Source: an uncultured Bacteriovoracaceae bacterium
Lineage (GTDB): Bacteria; Bdellovibrionota; Bacteriovoracia; Bacteriovoracales; Bacteriovoracaceae
Assembly: GCA_964012805.1 (NCBI GenBank)
Contig: CAXGUD010000010.1
Location: forward strand, 1 to 64,000
Direction: 5' to 3'
DNA length: 64,000 nt
The translations under genes were made by a program, and so were the position numbers. Shown in pieces: positions 40,452 to 50,596 of the stretch (positions are counted from its first letter, which is position 1; each line of letters starts with the position of its first letter). A model generated the notes under the pieces. That model was not told where the DNA came from, did no database searches, and saw only the letters and a program-made list of their open reading frames with translations.

Positions 40452-43400
40452 TTAAAGAGTGAGCTCTATAATAAATTGCGTCCCTTTATCCTTATTGGAA
40501 ACAACCTCTAGTTCAGCCCCTAGAATCTCTATATTTTTCTTAACAACATCCATCCCAACACCTCGGCCAGAAATTTCTGAGACCTCTTCTTTTGTACTAA
40601 AGTTAGGAAGAAAAATTAATTCCAATTTATCTTTATCGCTCATATTAATTAGATCATCTTTAGTCATTACATTATTTTTGATAGCTTTTTCACAAATTCT
40701 ATTGATATCAATACCTCCACCATCATCTTTAAGTATAATTTGCAAAATACTTTCACTTTTTTTCAAACATTCAATTTCAATTACACCCATTTCATCTTTA
40801 CCATTTAGAGATCTTAAAGATGGGACTTCTATACCATGATCTATCGAATTCCTGACAAGGTGAGTAAGGGCATCTTGCAAAAGACCTAATCTCTCTTTTT
40901 CTAGACTTTCCTCATCACCCACAACTCTAAACTTAACTTTTTTTCCCAAGGATTTAGAGACATCTTTTACAACGGGTCCAAACTTTAAAAAAGAATATTT
41001 AATAGGAAGATAAAGTAATTTATCAAAGCTCTTATTTAAATCTTCTAAATCAAACTTTTTTCCTTTTTCAATAAGGCTAAACAAATAATCAAATGAATCA
41101 TTAAAATTTTTAACTAAAACTTCGTATGTTTTTGGTTTAATTTGTTTTTCTTGATCATCATAAAATGAAGAGAAATAATTAAGGCCTTGAATTATATCAA
41201 GATTCTTTAAATAGTTAATACCTGAAGAATAACGACAGCCTGAAACCCACTCAATTATATCTAAAACAGGAATTTTTTCTTGTTTCAAAAACGACTTTAA
41301 AGATTTAATATTTTCCTCACCTATACCTTTTTTAAATTCAAAATACATTTCATTAATTTGCTTTGAAATGCTTTTTTGAATTAAAAGTTTTTTTAAGACT
41401 TTTTGCCTTTCAACCTGAAATATTTTTTCCAATACTTCAATCACATTTTTAGTTGGAATTCCCTTCTGATTTAATGACCTAAGAAAAATGATTAAAACTG
41501 AGTCGCTATTTAATTTTTCAATTTTTTTTATTTCTTCTTCTTTATTCAAAGTATTTACTATTTCAATTCTTTCCTTTTCATTATAAATTTTATTATTTTC
41601 TAAAATCATAATAAATGAAAGGTACTCCCATATTTCCCTTAACTTATTTAAAATAATATCTTTATTAATTATTTTTTCTTCATAACAGGAATAAAGCTCC
41701 CTTAAAGTAGCTGGAATGTATTCTATGCCAAGATCAAATGCCTTTGAATGAAGTCTGTAAATATTTTGAGGTATATTTACACTTGGATCCTCTTTTAGAA
41801 GATTTTGAGTAACCTCATAAATGTCGAAAATTAAATTTGAAAATTCTTCCCTTTTAAATTCAAACTCACTTAATTTATCTGAAGATAAGTATATATGATA
41901 AGAAATATTATTAATATCTTTAAGAGGTCCAAAAAATAGATCATCCCATTCTTGTATATTATCTTCACTAAAATTTTGATCAAATAATAAAATACCTCCC
42001 TCAAACCTATGGATAGTGTCTGAAAGGATTCTTTCATCCATCCCTCTTGAAAGACCTTTCAGGTTATGACTTAATATTAGTAATTCTTCAATTATCTTAT
42101 TTCTTATTTTTTCATCTCTCTGAGTATTTAAAACAAACTCTTTAAGGTCTTCTTTTTCAATAGGATTATTTAAGTTTATTTCATCATTAAGTAATTGAGA
42201 TATTAAGTATTCAAAGTTTTTAAGTTGTTCATGGAGTTTTTGTTTAAATTTAATATCGTCATCAAACTCAAAAGCAAAAACATTTTTTGCTGCTTTTAAA
42301 TATTCATTCAACTGCCCCTGTAGCCCATACATACCTTGAACTATTCCATTTAAATAATCCCAATTAAATTCAACACTATCATGCCCTTCATTTATAATTG
42401 ACACAATCATACTTTCGACTTTGTGGGCTTCTTTAGATATATGACTTAAATTAAAAACTCTTGCAGTACCTTTAACTGTATGAAGATGACGAAACAATAA
42501 ATTAACATCTCTTAATTTTTCTTGTCTTTCCATCTGGGACCTCATCTGCTTTGCGATCCCAATAGATTCTAGTATTATTTTGGTCGCACTCGAAAAGAAT
42601 TGACTTAAGTCCTCTTTTTTATTTGAAGCTAGGTCTTGTAATATTTCAACATTTTTTAAAGATGCTATTTTTTGTTCCTCAACTTCTTTTTCTAATTTTT
42701 CTACTTCTGTAACATCTTCAATCACAAACATGACTCTCTCTATCAGATTTTCCTGATTGTAAATAGGACTATATGATAGTCTTAATACTTTTTCTTTTTG
42801 ATCATCGATTCTAAATATCAACCTAGAAGGAAAATGATCCTTTACCATCATCCATTGCAAGTCATCTGCACCAAATATAATTGAAAAAGAAAACTTAATT
42901 GTAGAATAAACCTCGCTTTTTTTATCTAAGCTAGAAAATAAACTATCAAAAACATCAAGGCCTTCAACTTTTCGTTCGAAAATGTCTTCTGAGTATCTCG
43001 ATACTGGACTAAGGATCATCCCACTTTTATCTACTGTAAACACAGCTTGCTTCATATTATTAAGTAAATTAGAAATATCATTTAAAGCTTTTGATAAATC
43101 TAACGTCCTTTTTTTGACTTTTTCCTCAAGATTAGAATTTGCTTCTTCTAGCTGAACCTTAGCAATAGCTAGCTTTTCAGCTTTTTGAAGAGCGTCTTTT
43201 TTTAATGAGTTAATTATATCGGCTAAGCCAAGTGCAAGTAAAACTACTTGAATTGAAGCACCTATATATAATCCTTGGGTAAAAATAAAAATCGAGGGAA
43301 CCATTCCCAAATTATTTAATACCTTAAAAACAGCACCGACTATAAATACACCAAAAGCAACTATATAAAAATAAGACGGGCGATAACCTTCTTTAACCTT

Positions 43401-44402
43401 AAGTAAAACTCCTGGTACTACAATTAAAGCCTCTACTAAAAATAACATTAGAGAATATTTTAATAAAAATGTATAAGAAAAGAGTGGTGATAAAAATAAA
43501 AAGACTAAAGCTCCGTAAAGAAAGGCATTTAAAGCCAAAGATAACCTAGGCATTCCATCTTTAAAGTTAAGATAAGATTTAGAAAAAAGCCCCCAAGAAA
43601 TTAAAACGAAAAGACCAATTAATGGTATACCTCTATTTTGTAAAAATGGAGAAAAAGGATAAATATACTGATATCCAAATCCATTCATACCCATAAGAAG
43701 TAAAAGAATGGAAGTTAAGAAAAAAACATAGTGAATAAAAGAGATATTTTTGGTAGAGAAATAAACAAATAAGTTATAAAAAATCATTACAACAAAAAAA
43801 CCACTAAAAATTCCAAAACCATAGTTCGTGGAGGCTTCACTCTTGTAAAACTCAGTAGGAGAATAAATTCTTAAAGGAATTTGTATAGAACCTCTTGATT
43901 TTAATTTTAAAAAATATATGGAATCATTACCTGGTTTTATTTTAAAAACAAAACCTCGATGTTCTATTTCTCTTTCTTTGAATAATTTTCTATCTCCCGT
44001 ACGGAAAACTTTCCATTTACCATCTACAAATTTGTAAAAGTTAACATGATCAAGATAATGGTAGTCCAAAACTAAAAACCAATCATTTATTTTTGATTTA
44101 TTTTTTAATCTAAACTCAACCCAAAAAGTAGAAGGATTAATACCAAAGTTCGGAATTTTTTTTCTTTCGCTCTTAAAATCTAATTCACTTCTTTTTTTTA
44201 TAAATTCTTCTAACTTCAATTCCCCATTCTTATCTTCAAATATTTTGATATCTTTCCAAGCTTGGTAAGTTTCTTTTTGATCATTTAATTGAATATATCC
44301 CCAAGCATCTCCCAAAATTAGGAAAATAAGACAAAAAATAAATATATTTTTTATAAAATAAAAAATCATTTTTCTCTTTTTAAAAACTCCAGTGAACATC
44401 AT
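40452..44402 (-). CDS. 7TM-DISM membrane sensor fused to HPt domains and a CheA-type HATPase (no CheW domain)
   Basis: 7TMR-DISMED2-like N-terminus (PNFG, FWVEF, YLDHVNFY, TGD), 7 TM segments, HTVKG and HNLKG, HLVRNSIDHGIE, DDGGG, SGRGVGMDVV. Confidence 0.88.
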   Translation of the reverse strand: MMFTGVFKKRKMIFYFIKNIFIFCLIFLILGDAWGYIQLNDQKETYQAWKDIKIFEDKNGELKLEEFIKKRSELDFKSERKKIPNFGINPSTFWVEFRLKNKSKINDWFLVLDYHYLDHVNFYKFVDGKWKVFRTGDRKLFKEREIEHRGFVFKIKPGNDSIYFLKLKSRGSIQIPLRIYSPTEFYKSEASTNYGFGIFSGFFVVMIFYNLFVYFSTKNISFIHYVFFLTSILLLLMGMNGFGYQYIYPFSPFLQNRGIPLIGLFVLISWGLFSKSYLNFKDGMPRLSLALNAFLYGALVFLFLSPLFSYTFLLKYSLMLFLVEALIVVPGVLLKVKEGYRPSYFYIVAFGVFIVGAVFKVLNNLGMVPSIFIFTQGLYIGASIQVVLLALGLADIINSLKKDALQKAEKLAIAKVQLEEANSNLEEKVKKRTLDLSKALNDISNLLNNMKQAVFTVDKSGMILSPVSRYSEDIFERKVEGLDVFDSLFSSLDKKSEVYSTIKFSFSIIFGADDLQWMMVKDHFPSRLIFRIDDQKEKVLRLSYSPIYNQENLIERVMFVIEDVTEVEKLEKEVEEQKIASLKNVEILQDLASNKKEDLSQFFSSATKIILESIGIAKQMRSQMERQEKLRDVNLLFRHLHTVKGTARVFNLSHISKEAHKVESMIVSIINEGHDSVEFNWDYLNGIVQGMYGLQGQLNEYLKAAKNVFAFEFDDDIKFKQKLHEQLKNFEYLISQLLNDEINLNNPIEKEDLKEFVLNTQRDEKIRNKIIEELLILSHNLKGLSRGMDERILSDTIHRFEGGILLFDQNFSEDNIQEWDDLFFGPLKDINNISYHIYLSSDKLSEFEFKREEFSNLIFDIYEVTQNLLKEDPSVNIPQNIYRLHSKAFDLGIEYIPATLRELYSCYEEKIINKDIILNKLREIWEYLSFIMILENNKIYNEKERIEIVNTLNKEEEIKKIEKLNSDSVLIIFLRSLNQKGIPTKNVIEVLEKIFQVERQKVLKKLLIQKSISKQINEMYFEFKKGIGEENIKSLKSFLKQEKIPVLDIIEWVSGCRYSSGINYLKNLDIIQGLNYFSSFYDDQEKQIKPKTYEVLVKNFNDSFDYLFSLIEKGKKFDLEDLNKSFDKLLYLPIKYSFLKFGPVVKDVSKSLGKKVKFRVVGDEESLEKERLGLLQDALTHLVRNSIDHGIEVPSLRSLNGKDEMGVIEIECLKKSESILQIILKDDGGGIDINRICEKAIKNNVMTKDDLINMSDKDKLELIFLPNFSTKEEVSEISGRGVGMDVVKKNIEILGAELEVVSNKDKGTQFIIELTL

Positions 44403-44603
44403 CGTCAGGAATATATCTTTAAAAAAAACAATCTCTTTTTAAAAAATAGAAGGATCAATTTTTCCTATTTTTACCCATTATTAAAAAAAAGTTCTTTGGT
44501 AAAAAATAAACCTAATTATTTTCAATTATTTATTAATCTTAACTTTTTTGAATCTCTTGCAAATTAATTGATCAAATTACTTTTTTAAAAGAGGAGTTCT
44601 TCA

Positions 44604-45125
44604 TTGAATTTTGTAAAATTAATTGTCACTTTACTTATCATTATGAACAAAGCTTCAGGGATTTCTGCTCTTGAAGGGCTTAGTATTCTTGAGAAAAGCA
44701 AATTAAGAAATATAAAATTAAATATTTCTCCAGATAAAAAAAATCAGGATCCTTATTATATCGCTACTTTGAATAAAGTACTCGAACAAAGTATTCAAAT
44801 GTTTCTCAATAAATATGACGATGGGAACCAGGCGCCACTTGATATATACTATGATACTGCAGCTTTAAAGTTTTCCGCTTTAGAAGAGAAATATAAAAAT
44901 AACTTAGAATTTGAAAGTTTCTTAAAATCAGAATTTAGATCCTTTATTAACTCACCAGATACAACTCTTTCTTTAATTAAAAAAAATGAAGACAACTTAA
45001 CTAATTTCAGTCTATCTAACTTTTGGATATTCAACCTTAAAATCCCTCAACTATCCGACTTTAGTTTTTGGTGTGTTATTTCAAAAACAGGGACCGAGCC
45101 TCCTTTCGTATTTGGAATGAATTAA
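44604..45125 (+). CDS. Secreted hypothetical protein
   Basis: GAGGAG RBS, TTG start, signal-peptide-like N-terminus. Confidence 0.65.
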   Translation: MNFVKLIVTLLIIMNKASGISALEGLSILEKSKLRNIKLNISPDKKNQDPYYIATLNKVLEQSIQMFLNKYDDGNQAPLDIYYDTAALKFSALEEKYKNNLEFESFLKSEFRSFINSPDTTLSLIKKNEDNLTNFSLSNFWIFNLKIPQLSDFSFWCVISKTGTEPPFVFGMN

Positions 45126-45235
45126 AAAGGGTGAAGGCTTATTTTCACCTTCCTAGAGGTTAATTTTTAACCTATTATGGAATCCATATAGCTTTGAAAA
45201 TAAATCATGTTCAGATTCTTTTAAGGACCAATAAA

Positions 45236-46291
45236 ATGAAGAAAAAATGCTTAAATTTGGTACTTTTACTCGTATTGATGTCTTTTTTTGGATGCTACCA
45301 ATCCAAAACTCTTGATTCATATCAAGTAATTCATCTAACGATTGCTGCCCCAGGCCCAAAAAACCATTCTTACATGACTGCAGGAGCACTAAGTCAATTG
45401 TTTAACCAAAAATCTAAGGTTCATAAGCTAAAGCTTGCTGTAGACCCCTCCAATAACCAAGATGAATCCCTTGAGAATTTAAATAACGGTCAAGTTCAAT
45501 TTGCGCTTTTGAAGTCTGACAGGCAACACGAAGCTTACAAAGGGTTAGGAAAATGGAAAAAAAGAGGAGCCCAACCAAAACTTAGGGCCATTTTCTCTCT
45601 TTACGATAACCCATTGACTTTAATTTCATCTTCTAGAGCTCGGGTAACCGAGTTTTCTGACCTTAGAAATAAAAAAATAGCCTTAGGACCTAAAGCCTCT
45701 GCCTCTACTGGCCACTATCTAAAGACTCTTGAAACTTTAAATCTCAATAAGGAGGACTACAGAGGCTTTTATTTTAAAGAAAAAGACCTTTCAGGGAAAT
45801 TACAAGATGAAATTATTGATGCATTCTTCCTTATTGACTCTCATCCCTCTAAATACTTCCCTCAGCCAGATGCTTATGGAAGAAACCAATATAAAGTCCT
45901 TTCATTTGACGAACCAGAACTTAATAAGATGATTGAGAATTATCCTTATTTTACAAAACTAACGCTCCCAAAAGACTTTCACCCGGCTCTATCCAATAAC
46001 TCTGATATTGAAACACTTTCAATAAAAACAGCTCTAATAACTTCTGCGGATACACCCAACCATATTGTCTACTCGCTTACCAAAGAGATTTTCGAAAACC
46101 TAAATATTCTCAAAAATAAATCAGAAGTCACTTTAAACTTAGAAGTAGAAGAACTTTTTAAAGGCTTAACCATACCTCTCCACCCTGGAGCGTTGATGTA
46201 TTTTAAAGAAAAAGGCTTAATACATAAGATAGATCAAAAACTCTTACCAAAAAGCCAAAAGCTAAATAAAACAACGATATCAAAGATATAA
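45236..46291 (+). CDS. TAXI-family TRAP solute-binding lipoprotein (orphan)
   Basis: Lipobox FFG-C after ATG 45236; ESLENLNNG, LRAIFSLY, SDLRNKKIALG, IPLHPGALMYFKE. Confidence 0.85.
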   Translation: MKKKCLNLVLLLVLMSFFGCYQSKTLDSYQVIHLTIAAPGPKNHSYMTAGALSQLFNQKSKVHKLKLAVDPSNNQDESLENLNNGQVQFALLKSDRQHEAYKGLGKWKKRGAQPKLRAIFSLYDNPLTLISSSRARVTEFSDLRNKKIALGPKASASTGHYLKTLETLNLNKEDYRGFYFKEKDLSGKLQDEIIDAFFLIDSHPSKYFPQPDAYGRNQYKVLSFDEPELNKMIENYPYFTKLTLPKDFHPALSNNSDIETLSIKTALITSADTPNHIVYSLTKEIFENLNILKNKSEVTLNLEVEELFKGLTIPLHPGALMYFKEKGLIHKIDQKLLPKSQKLNKTTISKI

Positions 46292-46470
46292 TTATAATCA
46301 AAAAGTTACTTTTTCCTAAAAAATAAGTCCTTTTTGGATCCTCTATTTTTTGTAAATTAGTCAAACCATTCATGCTTAAACAAGTAGACTTTTTTTACCC
46401 TTCCGTACTAAAAAGGCGCTAAAGAATAGAGTTTTCTACCTCCTTTTTATTGATTGACAGGATACTTTAG

Positions 46471-47625
46471 ATGAAAAATGACCAAAATTTATTAAGCTCA
46501 GCTGAATACAACCGTTATAGCCGCCACATGACTCTTCCAGAGGTTGGAGCTGAAGGTCAAAAAAAGCTAAAAAAAGCAAAGGTTCTAGTTGTTGGTGCCG
46601 GGGGTCTTGGTAGTCCAATTATACTTTATTTAGCAGCTGCAGGAATTGGTACTATAGGCATCATTGACTTTGATTTAGTAGATGAAACAAATCTTCAAAG
46701 ACAAGTTCTTTATAATATGGCCAATATTGGTACCTTAAAAACAGAAAGTGCGAAAGAGAAAATTCTTCAACTGAACCCTCACATCAAAGTAAACACCTAC
46801 AATGAGGGGCTTACGGCAGATAATGCACTTTCTATAATCAGCGAGTACGATGTAGTTTTGGATGGAACAGATAATTTCTCTTCACGTTATTTGGTTAATG
46901 ATGCCTGTGTACTTTTGGGAAAACCAAATGTCTATGGAAGTATCTATCGCTTTGACGGACAAATTTCGGTTTTTAACCATGAAGGTGGCCCTTGCTATAG
47001 ATGCCTTTACCCTTCTCCCCCACCACCAAACCTAATTCCCTCTTGTGCGGAAGGTGGTGTCCTTGGCATACTACCGGGCATTATAGGTACCCTACAAGTC
47101 AACGAAGCATTAAAAATTATTTTAGGAATTGGCCAGTCATTGAAAGGACGCTTTATTCTTTTTGATGCACTTAAAATGGAATTCAATGAAATGAAAGCAC
47201 AAAAAAACCCTCAGTGCTCTATTTGTGGAGAAAAACCAACAATAAAATCCCTTATGACAGAAACTCAATATAGTTGTGTAACTTTGGATTCAAAAAAAGA
47301 GGCAAGTCACCAAAAAATTTCGGTATTCAACTTAAAAGAACGCATGGATCGAAGAGAGAGTCCATTAATTATTGATGTAAGAGAAAGTTTTGAACTAGAA
47401 ATAGTTAGATTAGAGGGCTCTAAACACATTCCATTAAAAGAACTTAATAATCAAATTTTAAATTACGACTCTAATAAAGAAATTATTCTTCTTTGTAAGT
47501 CAGGAATAAGGTCTTCAATTGCCTGTGAAGAACTCAAGAAAAACAACTTCAAAAATGTAAAAAGTGTAGACGGAGGAATTTTGGCTTGGGCCAAAGAAGT
47601 TGATACAAGTCTAATGACCTACTGA
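46471..47625 (+). CDS. moeB: MoeB/ThiF adenylyltransferase fused to rhodanese (MoeZ/MoeBR type)
   Basis: RYSRH, GAGGLG, NLQRQ, CYRCLY, SCAEGGVLG, rhodanese CKSGIRS. Confidence 0.92.
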   Translation: MKNDQNLLSSAEYNRYSRHMTLPEVGAEGQKKLKKAKVLVVGAGGLGSPIILYLAAAGIGTIGIIDFDLVDETNLQRQVLYNMANIGTLKTESAKEKILQLNPHIKVNTYNEGLTADNALSIISEYDVVLDGTDNFSSRYLVNDACVLLGKPNVYGSIYRFDGQISVFNHEGGPCYRCLYPSPPPPNLIPSCAEGGVLGILPGIIGTLQVNEALKIILGIGQSLKGRFILFDALKMEFNEMKAQKNPQCSICGEKPTIKSLMTETQYSCVTLDSKKEASHQKISVFNLKERMDRRESPLIIDVRESFELEIVRLEGSKHIPLKELNNQILNYDSNKEIILLCKSGIRSSIACEELKKNNFKNVKSVDGGILAWAKEVDTSLMTY

Positions 47626-47930
47626 CATCAAATTTGAATACAAAACTGAGAGGTTTTAGATTACAATGCCATCTTTTTGCTCGAACAAAGTAATCAAAAC
47701 CTTTCTAAATAAATTAAATACAAATTGTATTTATAAACATTCATTAATCAGTCCTTCCAAGCTTAAATATTCAATTAAGTTTAATTTTTTAGCCTAAAAA
47801 GCCAACAAATTAGGTACTTAGGTCCGAAAAGGAGAAAGATTTAATATTATAAAAAAGGTTTTTATAAATTAAATATAGAAATGGATCGATCTCCCTTAAA
47901 TTGATCTACTCAATTATAATTGTTTCTTAA

Positions 47931-48350
47931 ATTGCAACCACAATTGGTTCCATTTTATTTTTATATCTTGAAAAAGAGTGTGCCAAAAATGGTAAAGAAG
48001 AAAATGGATCCTTGAATATTTCTTTTGAACGAATGGAAGATAAAGATAAATTTAAAATTATTATTGAAGATGATGGACAAGGAATTGATCATAATAAGAT
48101 TATAAATATCGCTTCCAAAAATAAGTCCCTTGGCCATATTAATTTTGAAGCGATTTCCCAACAAGAAGCTATAAATCTCATTTTTGAAGATAATATTTCA
48201 TCCAAAAGCAATGTTGATTTAATTTCAGGAAGGGGTGTTGGCATGAAGGCACTTAGAAAGGAAATCGAAAAAATGGGAGGGTCAATTCAAGTTAAAAGTG
48301 AGTTAGGAAAATTTACAAGATTTGAAATAATTCTTCCTCTAATAGCATAA
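47931..48350 (+). pseudogene. Remnant C-terminal half of a CheA-type HATPase
   Basis: Frame open from TAA 47928: KNGKEENG...EDDGQGID...SGRGVGM...GKFTRFEIILP; N-box, dimerisation and HPt parts missing. Confidence 0.75.
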
Positions 48351-48662
48351 TTATTATCCACCAACATTAATCCACAAAAAAATATTTAAATACTTTTTAA
48401 ATCATAAGATGCTTTTTAAATTTCTAAAAAGCTAGTATTTTAATCTAAAAACTCAAATTTCACTATAGGCTTTTTATTTTTAAAATATTTAAAGCGGAAA
48501 GAAAAATCACCGCTACTTTTGTTTAAATCTTCTTGTTAGGGATAAAGAATGACTTTTTCTCTATTTCTTAATTGAATCAATTGAAAGGTTAAAAAAGGAT
48601 ATATTCCCCTCAAGAGCAGGACAAAGTTACAAATTTAATTAAATAAAGATTCTGTCAGAGTT

Positions 48663-48682
48663 AAGGTCACTGAAGGTCACTG
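48663..48682. repeat. 10-bp tandem direct repeat
   Basis: aaggtcactg twice, in an AT-rich intergenic region. Confidence 0.6.
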
Positions 48683-48802
48683 TCGTTTATTATTTTCAAT
48701 TTTGAAGAGTATTGATAAATAATCACTCCAGATTTCACCCACAAGTTTTAAAGAATTGAAAAAAACCTTTAACTATTTTTTCAGATTTCTATTCCAATCT
48801 GG

Positions 48803-49783
48803 CTATAAAACCTCTTTTGAAGAATCGTATTCGTAAACATAGCTATAAGGCCCACTACAATTATTTGTACAACCACCTATAAGGTAAATTTTCCCATCTA
48901 CAGTTGCAGCACACTGGCCCATTAAATTTTTAGGCATATTAGTTTTGTAACTCCAAGAATCCGAAGTCGGATCGTAGGCTAAGACGGTGCTTAATGTTGA
49001 AGAAGATGATATACCTCCAAATATATACAGAACTCCATTTAAAACTGCCCCAGAGTGTTCTGATAGGCTTATCGGAGGATCAGTTATGAGATCCCAGGAT
49101 CTTGAATTAGAATCATAAACCTCCGAGGTCTCTGCACCAGTTACTCCATCTGCAACGTAAATTTTATTATTAATAACTCCGCTAGCAAAAAATTGCCTAG
49201 CTCCTGAAGAGTTATTCCTTACCGCCAATGAGTCTGAAGTATGATGATACTCCTCAAGTCTAGCCGATGCTCCTCCACTTTCACCTCCTATAAGATGAAT
49301 TTTTCCGTTGGCAGTTTCTGCCCTTAAACCATACCTACCAACAGTCATCCAATTTTTGGAAGACCACGAGTTAGAAGAAATATTATATTCTTCTACAGTT
49401 CTACCATCGTTATCATCTATGTTTCCTCCAAAAGCATATATCTTGCCATTCGTTAGTCCGACACCTGGCGCCCCCCTTGATTTTGACATAGAGGCTCCAG
49501 CCGTCCAAGTATCTGAAATAGGGTCATAAATCTGAACCGTATTTAAAAAGCCTTCTGAAGACTCCCCTCCAACTACATAGATTTTTTTATCATGAACAAC
49601 ACAGCCTCCCCTATAAAAAGCTGATGGAATACTTGTTTTCTGAGTCCAAGGTCCATTATTTTTTTTATAGAAATCTCCATTTTTAAGGGAACTCTCTAAA
49701 TAAGAATCTCCCCAATCGGCAAGACAACCACCTAAGCAAAATAAAAAAATAATGCCTATGAATAGACTGTTTTTTCTAAACAT
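48803..49783 (-). CDS. Kelch-repeat beta-propeller lipoprotein
   Basis: Lipobox LGG-C; six repeats of type KIYVVGG...YDP..DTW. Confidence 0.88.
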   Translation of the reverse strand: MFRKNSLFIGIIFLFCLGGCLADWGDSYLESSLKNGDFYKKNNGPWTQKTSIPSAFYRGGCVVHDKKIYVVGGESSEGFLNTVQIYDPISDTWTAGASMSKSRGAPGVGLTNGKIYAFGGNIDDNDGRTVEEYNISSNSWSSKNWMTVGRYGLRAETANGKIHLIGGESGGASARLEEYHHTSDSLAVRNNSSGARQFFASGVINNKIYVADGVTGAETSEVYDSNSRSWDLITDPPISLSEHSGAVLNGVLYIFGGISSSSTLSTVLAYDPTSDSWSYKTNMPKNLMGQCAATVDGKIYLIGGCTNNCSGPYSYVYEYDSSKEVL

Positions 49784-49829
49784 ATAATCTCCAAAAAAAT
49801 ACTCTCTTGCCTAGAAATAAGCATTTCCT

Positions 49830-50411
49830 TTAAAATTCTAAATTGAATTTTAGTTGATAAATAGGCTTTAGAAAATTCGTAGTTCTAATCATTATTGTCC
49901 AAGAAGATTTCCCGTCACTTCCTATTAAATAGTCCCACCAATTATCACCACTTTTATCTCCAAATTGATAACCAATATCCAAAAGAGGTGTGTAAATATG
50001 GACTTGAGAGTCGCTAGATTTAAAACCCAAGGACCATCTCTCCAAACCTGCTCCCATTTGAAAACCGTGACCGAAGAAAGGAGTGTAATAAATGCCCATA
50101 ACATTTAAAAAAATTGACCTTACCTCTTGCATAACTGGAGTGCCTGAACTTGAATCCTTATAATAGAACGTGTCCATTGAACCTTCTTTTCCAAGCATGT
50201 ACTTACCCTCAAAGTAGTGACCACCAAGATTAACTCCAAATGACCACCCCCAAGTATTCCAGGAAATATCTATTTGATCAGACTTAGAGTGGATGTTTGG
50301 AATAACCTTACCCAAAGACATTGAAACTTTTTCCACTTGAAAACTAGTCACACAGCTTGAAAATAAAAATACAAAAGTTAACAGTTTAAATAAAAGCCTC
50401 ATATAAGACAC
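49830..50411 (-). CDS. Hypothetical lipoprotein with beta-barrel-like sequence
   Basis: Lipobox FSS-C; Gly/aromatic beta strands; ends YQLKFNLEF. Confidence 0.6.
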   Translation of the reverse strand: MSYMRLLFKLLTFVFLFSSCVTSFQVEKVSMSLGKVIPNIHSKSDQIDISWNTWGWSFGVNLGGHYFEGKYMLGKEGSMDTFYYKDSSSGTPVMQEVRSIFLNVMGIYYTPFFGHGFQMGAGLERWSLGFKSSDSQVHIYTPLLDIGYQFGDKSGDNWWDYLIGSDGKSSWTIMIRTTNFLKPIYQLKFNLEF

Positions 50412-50596
50412 TCTAGAAATAAAATGCTTCCATTAGGTTCCTTAAATTCTTACTTAGAAGATCTTGTTTGTCATATTGCATCTATAAAAACTCAGAAGAT
50501 TGTTTCGAAGAGAAAAAGCCAAAGGGCACTTTTTCCACGAGGAAAAAAGTCTTTACCACAGGTCGTTATAATCTTGGGGTTTTAACAGAAAAGTGA

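Noticed and set aside
47666..47797. 43-codon ORF after moeB as a possible sulfur carrier
   Set aside because: Too short, no C-terminal Gly-Gly, composition like AT-rich spacer DNA.
48354..48376. Two DnaA-box-like 9-mers (TTATCCACC, TAATCCACA) beside AT-rich DNA as a replication origin
   Set aside because: Each has a mismatch, only two copies, and no dnaA/dnaN/gidA context.
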